Notes under the pieces: model-generated | What the model saw: the letters and a program-made list of their open reading frames with translations, nothing else | The model's database searches: none | Told to the model about the DNA's origin: nothing | Program-made: the position numbers and the translations under genes | In this document: positions 1 through 8,397 of the stretch, piece by piece | Numbering within the stretch: position 1 is the first letter of the stretch | Layout of the letters: each line of letters starts with the position of its first letter | Assembly (NCBI GenBank): GCA_963786105.1 | Contig: CAWAXX010000023.1 | Coordinates: 64,001 to 128,000, forward strand | Origin: Vulcanimicrobiota bacterium | GTDB taxonomy: Bacteria > Vulcanimicrobiota > Vulcanimicrobiia > Vulcanimicrobiales > Vulcanimicrobiaceae | Length of the DNA: 64,000 nt | Reading direction: 5' to 3'

Positions 1-298
1 CGGTGTTACGCAACTGTTCTGCGACCAAGAATAGGACGGCGAGATATGCAACCAGCCATCCGACCGAATACATGAACCCGTCGAAACCATAGAAAGCCAC
101 CAGACCCGTGATGCCGAGAAACGACGCGGCCGACATGTAATCGCCCGCGATAGCCCAACCGTTTTGCAAGCCGCCAATTCGCCGGTGTGCGGTGTAGAAT
201 CCGCGGCTCGTCGTACTCTGTCCGGACGCCCAATAGGTCACGACGAGCGTGATACCCACGAAGACTCCGAACATGATCAACGATGGTTGTGCGTTCAT
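1..298 (-). CDS. actP: Cation/acetate symporter (SSS family), N-terminal part, runs off window edge
   Basis: Manual translation from ATG at 298: [25 protein letters not shown]...[29 protein letters not shown], the ActP signature. ATGA overlap with the DUF485 gene. Not in the ORF track. Confidence 0.9.
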   Translation of the reverse strand, partial: MNAQPSLIMFGVFVGITLVVTYWASGQSTTSRGFYTAHRRIGGLQNGWAIAGDYMSAASFLGITGLVAFYGFDGFMYSVGWLVAYLAVLFLVAEQLRNT

Positions 299-630
299 TC
301 CTTGATCTCGTGCGTCTCGCGATGGCGAATACGGGCGGCCTCGAGATCGAAGCGACGAGCTCGCCAGAGATATGCCGCCATGAGAATCCAGGCCATTGGA
401 AACTGCGAAAGGGCGAAACAGTATGCGAGCGTCAACGGACCGATGACCGCGCGGCTCATTATTTGCGGCGCGAAGCCCACCGATACCGGCAGTGCCAAAT
501 AGTAGGCGATGAAGAAGAGCGTCGCCGGAATGACGAATTGGCGGCGGGCGGCGACGAGTTTCCGAAACTCCGGCTCGGCCGCCAAGGCATCCCACTGCTC
601 CGGCGTGATCTGACGGTGCTGCACGAGCAC
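295..630 (-). CDS. DUF485 (YjcH-like) small membrane protein
   Basis: [13 protein letters not shown] motif, two TM segments, position directly upstream of actP. Confidence 0.85.
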   Translation of the reverse strand: MLVQHRQITPEQWDALAAEPEFRKLVAARRQFVIPATLFFIAYYLALPVSVGFAPQIMSRAVIGPLTLAYCFALSQFPMAWILMAAYLWRARRFDLEAARIRHRETHEIKE

Positions 631-669
631 GGAGTTTTCTGCCCGGCCTCGCCTACCTGTTAGAGGTCC

Positions 670-975
670 CTAGATTCCAAGAAAACGCCGAACGTCGGCC
701 CCGATCAACTCCTCGATCGCAAGGCCGGTCACGAACACGGCACTCGCGACGATCGAAAGCGTCGGCATCCCGGGGTCGCGAGGGTATGGAATGGTCACGA
801 CGACGAGCCACAGCGCGATGGCGAACAGGGGTAAAGCGATAACGGCGCGCGCAATCAGCCACCACCACCGCTGGAGCGGCGCACGTTGGGACTTTATGAC
901 CGTCATACCTGTAAATGCGATCGAGATTGCGCCGATGAGCCGCGCGACGGCGTCGAGGATTGCGGCCGGAGTCAC
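670..975 (-). CDS. Hypothetical membrane protein (~101 aa, 3 TM)
   Basis: GTG at 975 overlaps the sufU stop (GTGA). Hydrophobic segments; fills the gap in a co-directional run. Confidence 0.65.
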   Translation of the reverse strand: MTPAAILDAVARLIGAISIAFTGMTVIKSQRAPLQRWWWLIARAVIALPLFAIALWLVVVTIPYPRDPGMPTLSIVASAVFVTGLAIEELIGADVRRFLGI

Positions 976-1361
976 TCCTCGTCGGGCCAGGACGCGATTC
1001 GGCCGATTGCGGCGCTCTTGAGCACTCGCAAGCCGAGCATCGCACATTTCATCCGCGTCGGACTGATCCCGATGCCGACGTTCTCCAGGACGAGGTCCTT
1101 CGAAAGCTTGGCCACGTCTTCGAGTTTCATGCCCTTCACCGCTTCGGTGAGCATCGATGCCGACGCTTGGCTAATGGCGCAGCCCTTCCCGAAAAACTTC
1201 ACGTCGCGCACGATGCCGTCGTCGACGTTGAGCTCCATGCGGATGGTGTCGCCGCACAGCGGATTGAGATCCTCCGCCTGCACGTCCGGTTTCTCGAGAT
1301 GCCCGAAATTTCGCGGATTGCGATAATGGTCGAGAATATAATCGCGATAGAAGTCGTCCAT
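972..1361 (-). CDS. sufU: SUF system NifU-family Fe-S assembly protein
   Basis: ILDHYRNPRNFG, NPLCGD, GCAISQASAS, RMKCA (three conserved Cys); follows sufS. Confidence 0.92.
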   Translation of the reverse strand: MDDFYRDYILDHYRNPRNFGHLEKPDVQAEDLNPLCGDTIRMELNVDDGIVRDVKFFGKGCAISQASASMLTEAVKGMKLEDVAKLSKDLVLENVGIGISPTRMKCAMLGLRVLKSAAIGRIASWPDEE

Positions 1362-1482
1362 TTAACAGGCGCTCCGGCCCAGCCTCCGCGCCCCCCACGC
1401 GCTGCGCGCGCGGGGCCCCCCGGCCACGGGGCGCGTAAACGTATCGGCTTTGAGACGTTCCCCTAGGGCGCCCCGAAAAAAC
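1361..1482. repeat. Palindromic MITE-like interspersed repeat, family A, copy 1
   Basis: Aligns over ~115 bp with 26066-26178 (tttaaNaggcgctcc...ctccgcgccccccac[hairpin]ggggccccc...taaac...cccctagggcgcccc). Confidence 0.75.
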
Positions 1483-1535
1483 GGGACGGCGGGAGCCAAC
1501 GTACAGCGGGACTTCGTCGAGCTCACGCGACGCTG

Positions 1536-2792
1536 CTAAACCTTAAATACCTTCGCCGCTTTTTCGAGTCCGTCGGCGAGAGCATCTACGTCGGCCTCAG
1601 TATTATACAGGTAGAACGACGCGCGGGCGGTGGCGGACCAGCCCATTTTATCCATCAGGGGCATCGTGCAGTGATGGCCGGCTCGGATGCAGATGCCTTC
1701 GGTGTCGAGGATCGAGGCGAGGTCGTGTGGGTGAACGTCGGCAAAGTTGAATGAGATCACGCCGGAAATCGCCGCCGGGTCGCGCGGCCCGTAGATCGCC
1801 AGGCGCGGCTCGAACTCGCTCAATCGCTCGAAGGCGTACGTCGTGAGGGCACGCTCGTGCGCGCGTATCCAGTCCATCCCCACGCGCTCGAGATACTCGG
1901 TGGCGACGCCGAACGCGATAGCGTCGGCGATGTTGCTCGTACCGGCTTCGAACTTCCATGGCGGCTCGGCGAACGTGGCTCCGCGGTACTCCACGCGATG
2001 AATCATGTCACCGCCGTAATCGAAGGGCGGCATCGCCTCGAGCAGCGCGCGCTTGCCGTAGAGTACGCCGATTCCGGTCGGCCCCAACATTTTGTGGCCG
2101 CTGAACGCGTAGAAGTCGGCGTCGAGCGCTTTCACGTCGACGCGGAGGTGGGCTGCGCCCTGAGCGCCGTCCACCAGAACGACGGCACCGGCGGCGTGTG
2201 CGCGAGGGATTACGACGTCCAGCGGTGCGATGGAGCCGAGGGTATTGCTGACGTGCCCGATGGCTACGAGCTTACAGCCTTCGAGCAGCGCGTCGAGGTC
2301 GTCGAGCACGAGCACTCCGCGTTCGTCGGCCGGAATAAATCGCAACTGCGCCCCGGACCGCTGCGCCAACGCCTGCCAGGGTACGAGATCCGAATGATGC
2401 TCGAGTTCCGTCAGCAAGATCGCGTCGCCGGCGCGAAGATTCGTCGAGCCCCACGTGTAGGCCACGAGGTTGATCGCCTCGGTCGCGTTTCGCACCCAGA
2501 TAATCTCGTGCACGTCCGCGTTGATGAAGCGCGCGAGCTTGACGCGCGCTCCTTCAAACTCGGCGGTTGCACGTTCGGCAATTTCGTAGACACCGCGATG
2601 AATGTTCGCGTTGTATTGCTCGTAGTAGTCGACGAGTGCCTGGATGACCGCGCGCGGCTTTTGCGAAGTGGCGGCCGAGTCGAGGTACACGAGCCGTTTC
2701 CCGCGTGACGTCGGTCGCGCCAGGATGGGAAAGTCGGCAATGATGCCGGCGACCTTGGGGTCGAGGGCCGGCGTTCGGAGCGTTTGCGTCAT
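1536..2792 (-). CDS. sufS: Cysteine desulfurase
   Basis: YLDSAATSQKP, FSGHKMLGPTG (PLP Lys), RAGHHC (group II catalytic Cys). Confidence 0.97.
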   Translation of the reverse strand: MTQTLRTPALDPKVAGIIADFPILARPTSRGKRLVYLDSAATSQKPRAVIQALVDYYEQYNANIHRGVYEIAERATAEFEGARVKLARFINADVHEIIWVRNATEAINLVAYTWGSTNLRAGDAILLTELEHHSDLVPWQALAQRSGAQLRFIPADERGVLVLDDLDALLEGCKLVAIGHVSNTLGSIAPLDVVIPRAHAAGAVVLVDGAQGAAHLRVDVKALDADFYAFSGHKMLGPTGIGVLYGKRALLEAMPPFDYGGDMIHRVEYRGATFAEPPWKFEAGTSNIADAIAFGVATEYLERVGMDWIRAHERALTTYAFERLSEFEPRLAIYGPRDPAAISGVISFNFADVHPHDLASILDTEGICIRAGHHCTMPLMDKMGWSATARASFYLYNTEADVDALADGLEKAAKVFKV

Positions 2793-3982
2793 GAAAGCTT
2801 GGCGGCTAGTGCCGTCCGGATAACGGCGCGTAGCGCATCGGTGGGAAAACGCGCGATTGCGGGCTCGAAGAAACCGAGCGCGATCATTCGCTCGGCGGCG
2901 TTGCGTTCGATACCACGGGTTTGCATATAGAAGATCTGTTCCGCATCGAGCGCACCGACGGTCGCTCCATGGAAGGCTTTGACGTCGTTTGCGCCGATTT
3001 CCAGCGCCGGCACCGAATCGATGTGCGCTTTTGCCGAAAGCAGCAACGCGTCGTCGCGCAGGCTTGCATCGCTTCCCTGGGCACGCGGAGCGATTCGAAT
3101 GTTTCCGAGATAGCGCGCCTGCCCCTCGCCGACGGCAGCCGACTTGACGATCGTCTCCGAGGCTGAATCACCGACGACGTGGTCGATAGTGCTGACGACG
3201 TCGACGTGTTGGGATCCTTGCGGAAAGAAGATCGCCGTGACGCGGGCCTGCGCTCCCGGCAGTTCGATGGCGACCGAAAGATCGGACACCGCCAGTCCGG
3301 CTCCCAACTCGGCGTTCGTCCAGGACACGGTAGCGTTACGACCCGGCCGCGCGGCACGGGTTTGAACGACGCGAGCGTTTTCGGCCAACTCCTGACAGCT
3401 CGCATAGGTAACGTCCGCGCCCTCGCCGGTGACGATTTCGGTGGCTCCGCAGACGAACGCGCCGGCACCCCCCTGGAGGCGTTCGACGATCGTCGCACGG
3501 GCGCCGCGCTCGGCCAACACGACGGTATACGGAAACACGTTCGATGCGTCCGGGACCGCGTAGGTCACGAGAAGAGGCTGGTCGGTTGCCGCGTCCGCCG
3601 GCACGTATACGAAAGCGCCGAGGTGAGAAAACGCCGTGGCGAGCGCGCCGAATTTGGATATCGGGACTCGGGTCGCACCGAATACGCGAGCGAGCAGCGC
3701 GGGATGGTCGCGGGCGGCGGTCGCAAGGTCGCAGGCGATGACTCGCGGATGCGGATTGTCGATCGTTACGCTGCCCGAAACCTCGGCGATCGATTGCGGT
3801 AACGGCGCGAGCGACTCGAGATCGGTCTTCCAGTAGCGGCCCGGGCGCTCGCGGCCGCTGCGGGTTGCGAAAAATCGATCGAGCGCCTGCGCTCGCCGTT
3901 GGAGTTCGAGAACGTCGTCGCCGAATGCCGAAAGCCGCTCGCGTAGCTCTTCGCCGGCGACGGAATCGGAAGTCTTAAGCAA
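2789..3982 (-). CDS. sufD: Fe-S cluster assembly protein SufD
   Basis: SufBD C-terminal motifs LLLS..AHIDSVPALEIGANDVKAFHGATVG and FYMQTRGI; lies between sufC and sufS. Confidence 0.9.
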   Translation of the reverse strand: MLKTSDSVAGEELRERLSAFGDDVLELQRRAQALDRFFATRSGRERPGRYWKTDLESLAPLPQSIAEVSGSVTIDNPHPRVIACDLATAARDHPALLARVFGATRVPISKFGALATAFSHLGAFVYVPADAATDQPLLVTYAVPDASNVFPYTVVLAERGARATIVERLQGGAGAFVCGATEIVTGEGADVTYASCQELAENARVVQTRAARPGRNATVSWTNAELGAGLAVSDLSVAIELPGAQARVTAIFFPQGSQHVDVVSTIDHVVGDSASETIVKSAAVGEGQARYLGNIRIAPRAQGSDASLRDDALLLSAKAHIDSVPALEIGANDVKAFHGATVGALDAEQIFYMQTRGIERNAAERMIALGFFEPAIARFPTDALRAVIRTALAAKLS

Positions 3983-4745
3983 TCGCTCCGATCTCCTCGC
4001 GAATCGTATCGTAGCCTTCGCGCTCGATCCGTTCGGCGAGATCGTGCCCGCCCGTTTTCACGATGCGTCCGTCGATCATCACGTGCACCACGTCGGGCGT
4101 GATGTACTGCAGAATTCGGGGATAGTGCGTGATGATGAGAAAGCCGGCCGCGCGGCCTTCGTCGCTCGAACGCAAAGCCGCCAACGAGTCGCAGACGTCC
4201 TTGAGCGCATCGACGTCGAGACCCGAATCGGTTTCGTCGAGGATCGCGTACTTGGGAGCGAGCACGGCGAGTTGGAGCATCTCGAGCCGCTTTTTCTCGC
4301 CGCCCGAAAATCCGTCGTTGAGGTAGCGGCCCATAAACGACGGATCCATTCCGAGGACGTCCATTTTTTCCATCAGCAGCGCGCGAAATTTCGCAGGTGC
4401 AAGATCGCCCGGCCGCACGGCTTGGCGCGCGGCGTGGAGAAAGTTCGCCACTTTGATTCCCGGGATGGCGGCCGGGTACTGAAACGATAAGAAGAGGCCG
4501 GCGCGCGCCCGCTTGTCGGGTGCCAGCGCCAGAAGGTCCTCGCCGTCGAGATGGGCGGTCCCCCGGGTGATCTCGTACTGCGGACGCCCGGTCAGCGAAA
4601 AGGCCAGCGTCGACTTCCCACTCCCGTTTGGTCCCATGAGGGCGTGCGCTTGACCGGGTTCGACGTTCAGGTCGATGCCTTTAAGAATTTCGTTGCCGGC
4701 GACCCGGCAATGCAGATCGACGATGCGCAAACCCCGCTCGGACAC
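3975..4745 (-). CDS. sufC: Fe-S cluster assembly ATPase SufC
   Basis: GPNGSGKS, FSGGEKKRLE, LDETDSGLD, ITHY. Start reassigned to GTG 4745 after a GGAGG RBS. Confidence 0.96.
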   Translation of the reverse strand: MSERGLRIVDLHCRVAGNEILKGIDLNVEPGQAHALMGPNGSGKSTLAFSLTGRPQYEITRGTAHLDGEDLLALAPDKRARAGLFLSFQYPAAIPGIKVANFLHAARQAVRPGDLAPAKFRALLMEKMDVLGMDPSFMGRYLNDGFSGGEKKRLEMLQLAVLAPKYAILDETDSGLDVDALKDVCDSLAALRSSDEGRAAGFLIITHYPRILQYITPDVVHVMIDGRIVKTGGHDLAERIEREGYDTIREEIGAIA

Positions 4746-4755
4746 GCGTTTTCCT

Positions 4756-4780
4756 CCGTTACAGACCGTTACAGACCGTT
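4756..4780. repeat. 10-bp tandem repeat (ccgttacaga x2.5) next to the sufC RBS
   Basis: ccgttacaga ccgttacaga ccgtt read directly. Confidence 0.85.
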
Positions 4781-4811
4781 GGGTTCCGCAGGCCTCTGCG
4801 GACTCGCCTGT

Positions 4812-4841
4812 ATCGTAGCCGAGGCTCTCGTAGAAAGTCAA
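4812..4841 (-). promoter_or_regulatory. Putative sigma70 promoter of sufCDSU
   Basis: Minus strand TTGACT-N18-TACGAT upstream of sufC. Confidence 0.6.
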
Positions 4842-4849
4842 GGAGAAAC

Positions 4850-4879
4850 TTTACTATCTCCGCTCGTTCGTGCTAGGAT
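4850..4879 (+). promoter_or_regulatory. Putative sigma70 promoter of sufR
   Basis: TTTACT-N18-TAGGAT with extended -10 TG (TGcTAGGAT), 12 bp before the ATG. Confidence 0.5.
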
Positions 4880-4891
4880 AGCGCTACGGAC

Positions 4892-5542
4892 ATGCACGCC
4901 GACCGTTTTTTTGCCTCGACCCGCGGGAAGATCGTCACCGAGCTGCGACGCCGGGGTTCTGCCTCAGCCGTCGACTTGGCGCGCGTTTTTGGGCTGTCAC
5001 CCAACGCCGTGCGGCAGCAGCTGGTGGTTCTCGAACGCGATGGTCTCGTGGCCGAGAATCCGGTCCGGCGGGGACCCACGAAGCCGACGCTCGAGTTCTC
5101 GCTCACCAGCGAAGCGGACAAACTCTTTCCGCAGGGTCACGACAAGATGCTGACGGCGGTTCTGCGCGAGGTGCGCGAGCAGTTCGGTAGCCCGGCCGTC
5201 GGGCGGATATTCGACGGCCTTTCAAGGCGCGCCGTCGACCGGGCCCGGCAGCGAATTACGGCCGAGACACCCGAGAAGAAGGTGGCTCAGCTCACCGAGA
5301 TGCTGCGGGAGAGCGGCGTGGTAGCCGACTACAGCTTGATCGACGGGGGCTTTGCCCTACACGAGCATAACTGCCCGTACACTACCGTCGCCAAGGATCA
5401 TCCGGAGGTCTGCCAGGTGATTCACCAGGTGATCGAAGAGACGATCGGTGGCGAACACGAGCAGACGGAATCCCTGGCGCGCGGCGGAAAGGAATGCCGC
5501 TTCGAGATGAAACTGCAACCTTCCACAACGCCGGTATCGTAA
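4892..5542 (+). CDS. sufR: SufR-like ArsR/HTH Fe-S-sensing transcriptional regulator
   Basis: N-terminal HTH (LARVFGLSPNAVRQQL), C-terminal HNCPY...EVC...KEC Cys pattern; divergent from the suf operon. Confidence 0.8.
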   Translation: MHADRFFASTRGKIVTELRRRGSASAVDLARVFGLSPNAVRQQLVVLERDGLVAENPVRRGPTKPTLEFSLTSEADKLFPQGHDKMLTAVLREVREQFGSPAVGRIFDGLSRRAVDRARQRITAETPEKKVAQLTEMLRESGVVADYSLIDGGFALHEHNCPYTTVAKDHPEVCQVIHQVIEETIGGEHEQTESLARGGKECRFEMKLQPSTTPVS

Positions 5543-5550
5543 AGAGAGCG

Positions 5551-6057
5551 ATGGACTTTCCAAAATTTCAACGTTTGGTCGAGGAGCGCGCGGGCTTTCG
5601 CACGATGGAAGACCCTACCGCGAGCGGTGAGTACTTCAGCGACTCCTGCGGCGACATGTACAACTTCTTTCTCAAGGTCGGGCCCGGGGCGGTCATCGAG
5701 GACATTTCCTACTTCACGACCGGTTGTGGGTTTGGCACCGCCACCTGCAGCCTGGTCGTCGATCTCGCCAAAGGTAAGACGATCGACGGCGCGGCGGCCA
5801 TCTCGGCGGCCGACGTCGAGAGCCAGCTCGGCGGGTATCCCGAGAAGAAGAAGGACTATCCGGAGCGCGCTCTCGAGGCGCTTCACGTTGCCATCGACGA
5901 CTATCGCGCAAAGGTCTCCGGTGGAACGATTCCCGATTACGGGGCGATGCCGGCACCCGGGCAGCCGTTGCAAGAGCGCGTCGCCGAGGCGTCGCCGGTT
6001 GAGCCTTCGGTCAACGGCAACGCCGGTGGCGGAAAGCTCTTGATCAAGCTTCACTGA
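5551..6057 (+). CDS. IscU/NifU N-terminal-like scaffold protein (atypical)
   Basis: SCGD and TGCG motifs plus LAKGKTI; third canonical Cys absent. Start set at ATG 5551. Confidence 0.75.
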   Translation: MDFPKFQRLVEERAGFRTMEDPTASGEYFSDSCGDMYNFFLKVGPGAVIEDISYFTTGCGFGTATCSLVVDLAKGKTIDGAAAISAADVESQLGGYPEKKKDYPERALEALHVAIDDYRAKVSGGTIPDYGAMPAPGQPLQERVAEASPVEPSVNGNAGGGKLLIKLH

Positions 6058-6625
6058 CGGTTCCGAGCCGTTCTCGAAAAAACACCTCGTAACGCGAGGT
6101 GTTTTTTTCTTTGTCGAAGATCGATTCGAAGAGCGATAGGCCGTCGCACCGCAGCGGAATTGGGGCGATCTCGACGAGCGGCAGCGGGCGGATCGGTTCC
6201 TTAACGCGGGCGAGCGTCACGTGGGCTACCGCGTCGTTCGTGAAATCGAAACCGCAGCCCCGAAGCGCCTCGCGAACGCCGCTTGCGAGCCGCCGAAAAT
6301 CCGCGCCCTGTTCGCGAGCGCCGGCGTAGATGACCCGCGGTTTGCGCTCGTGTGGAAACGCCCCGAGTTTGTTCAAGTCGACGGCGAACGGTGTAGGCTG
6401 CGCGGCTGCCTGCCGTACCGCTGCGACGATCTCATCGGAGCGTACGGCATCGACATTGCCTAGGAAGGCGAGCGTCACGTGGAATTTCGCCGGATCCTCG
6501 TAGCGAGCGGCAAACCCGGTTGCTAAGAGGCGTCGCGCGGCGTCCGCGCACGCAGCGCGTGCGGTTTCGTCGAGCGCTATGCCGACGAAGAATCGCCGCG
6601 TAGGCGGTTTCTCGCTAAGGTTCAT
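6044..6625 (-). CDS. thpR: RNA 2',3'-cyclic phosphodiesterase (2H phosphoesterase)
   Basis: Two HxT motifs (HVTLAFLG, HVTLAR) and N-terminal RFFVGI. Confidence 0.92.
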   Translation of the reverse strand: MNLSEKPPTRRFFVGIALDETARAACADAARRLLATGFAARYEDPAKFHVTLAFLGNVDAVRSDEIVAAVRQAAAQPTPFAVDLNKLGAFPHERKPRVIYAGAREQGADFRRLASGVREALRGCGFDFTNDAVAHVTLARVKEPIRPLPLVEIAPIPLRCDGLSLFESIFDKEKNTSRYEVFFRERLGTVSEA

Positions 6626-7269
6626 GCCCGCGCGAGGTAAGGATTCGATCGCCGCTCGATGCCGATCGTCGTAAACGGTCCGTGTCCGGGGATCACCGGC
6701 GTACCGTCGCCGTGATCCATGAGTTTGGAATGGATCGACGCGACGATGTCTTCCATCGAGGTTCCTCCGAGATCCCAGCGTCCGATCGACCCGGCGAACA
6801 GCGTATCGCCCGTAAGCAACGTGGGGGGCGCGTCACTCGCATCGGTTACCGCGAAGCAGACGCTTCCCGGTGTGTGACCGGGCGTGTGGAGAACGTCGAC
6901 TCGCACGTCTCCGGCCTTCAGGACGTCGCCGTCGGCGAGGTCGCCGTCGAGGTCCACCACGGCGGGCGCGTGCGTCAAACCGATCCATCGAGCCTGCATT
7001 GCCAACGTGCGATACAGCGGCAAATCGGCCGGATGCAGCAAGCCTCGTCCGCCGGTGAACTCGCGCAAACGGCCCAGGTCGGCGATGTGGTCGATATGCG
7101 CGTGAGTGTGCGCGAGTAGGACCGCGCGTAGCCCGAGTCTGGATAGACGCCGTATCACTTCATCGACACCGTCGCCGCCGTCGACGACGATCGCCTCACC
7201 GGTAGCTTCGTCGCCGACGACGGTGCAATTGCAGCTAAGCGAGCCGACCGGAAACGTTTCGAGAATCAT
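6622..7269 (-). CDS. MBL-fold metallo-hydrolase (glyoxalase II-like)
   Basis: THAHIDH, HTPGHTPGS, GDTLF, PGHG. Confidence 0.92.
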   Translation of the reverse strand: MILETFPVGSLSCNCTVVGDEATGEAIVVDGGDGVDEVIRRLSRLGLRAVLLAHTHAHIDHIADLGRLREFTGGRGLLHPADLPLYRTLAMQARWIGLTHAPAVVDLDGDLADGDVLKAGDVRVDVLHTPGHTPGSVCFAVTDASDAPPTLLTGDTLFAGSIGRWDLGGTSMEDIVASIHSKLMDHGDGTPVIPGHGPFTTIGIERRSNPYLARA

Positions 7270-7284
7270 TCTTCTTCGACGGGT

Positions 7285-7767
7285 TCAATCAACGTGAATG
7301 CCAAAATCGTGATAGCCGCCGTTGAAGTAGCCGAGCGGCGACCCACTGCGTGCCCGGCACGAAACGACGTTCCCGATAAAGATCGAATGCGATCCGACGT
7401 GATGCTCCGCGACGACTTCGCAGTCGAAGTGGGCGATCGCATCGGACAACACCGGGGCGCCGGTTAGGTCGACTTCGTAGCCGATTTCTTCGAATTGCTT
7501 TTCGCGCACCTTTCCGGCAAAACGCTCGGCCAGGTGTCGTTGCTCGCCGGCCAAGACGTTCACGCAGAAGATGCGCGAACTCGAAATGTAGAGGTAGCTG
7601 CGCGCTTCGCGATTGACGCAAATCAAAAGCGCCGGCGGGTCGATCGAGACGCTCGCAAAGGAGTTCAGCGTAAGGCCGCGCGGCTCGCCGTCCTTCAAGC
7701 TCGTGACGATCGTCACGCCGGTCGGAACGTGGCGCATCGCATGTTTGAAGGCGGCTGCCGAGGTCAT
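7285..7767 (-). CDS. Flavin reductase family protein
   Basis: FKHAMRHVPTGVTIVT, SFASVSIDPP, GSHSIFIG, PLGY. ATG 7767 overlaps the upstream stop. Confidence 0.92.
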   Translation of the reverse strand: MTSAAAFKHAMRHVPTGVTIVTSLKDGEPRGLTLNSFASVSIDPPALLICVNREARSYLYISSSRIFCVNVLAGEQRHLAERFAGKVREKQFEEIGYEVDLTGAPVLSDAIAHFDCEVVAEHHVGSHSIFIGNVVSCRARSGSPLGYFNGGYHDFGIHVD

Positions 7768-8393
7768 CGCCGTCGAGCGCCGATTCCGGTGCCGTTGCCC
7801 AGCGGCAAGATGGTCGCATCGAGTTCGGGATGGGCGAGAAAATATCGGTTGAACGCGAGCATTGTGCGCACCGCAGGATCGTCGTCGCACGCCGTCTCGG
7901 CGGCAACGCGACCGCCCAGGAGGCAGTCGTCGACGATAACCAGCCCGGACAGCTTCAACATCGGAACGACGAGATCGAGGTAGGTGCGGTACTCGCTCGT
8001 GTCCGCATCGATAAAGACGATGTCGAGATTTCGATGCGGGAAGTTCTCGAGAAGTTCCAACGTAGGCGTGTTGAAAATTTCGATGTAATCGTCTTCCCCG
8101 GCTTGCCGGAAATACGACAGCGCGACGCCGGTACGGCGGCTGTCCGGTTCGATCGTCCAAATCTTGCCCATACGCGGCTGCGCGAACGCCATCCAGAGAG
8201 TCGAGTAGCCGTAACCCGTCCCGATTTCGAGGATACGGCTCGCTTGCATCGCGTGAACGATGGTCGAGAGCAAGCGCGCCGTCTCGCGAGAGACGATCGG
8301 GACGCCGTCTTTCCGGCCGTGCCGCTCGAGTGCGAGCAACAGCGGATGCGGTTGCGGATGGTTCGTTTCGAGATACCGCAGCGTTCGTTCCAT
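7764..8393 (-). CDS. O-methyltransferase (class I SAM-dependent)
   Basis: LEIGTGYGYS, DIVFIDAD, GLVIVDD. Confidence 0.9.
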   Translation of the reverse strand: MERTLRYLETNHPQPHPLLLALERHGRKDGVPIVSRETARLLSTIVHAMQASRILEIGTGYGYSTLWMAFAQPRMGKIWTIEPDSRRTGVALSYFRQAGEDDYIEIFNTPTLELLENFPHRNLDIVFIDADTSEYRTYLDLVVPMLKLSGLVIVDDCLLGGRVAAETACDDDPAVRTMLAFNRYFLAHPELDATILPLGNGTGIGARRR

Positions 8394-8397
8394 CGGA

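Noticed and set aside
6..233. 75-aa ORF at the window start
   Set aside because: Wrong frame; the actP frame starting at 298 explains the region.
6044..6057. 14-bp convergent 3' overlaps (here and at 37762-37775)
   Set aside because: Short tail-to-tail overlaps are common in compact genomes.
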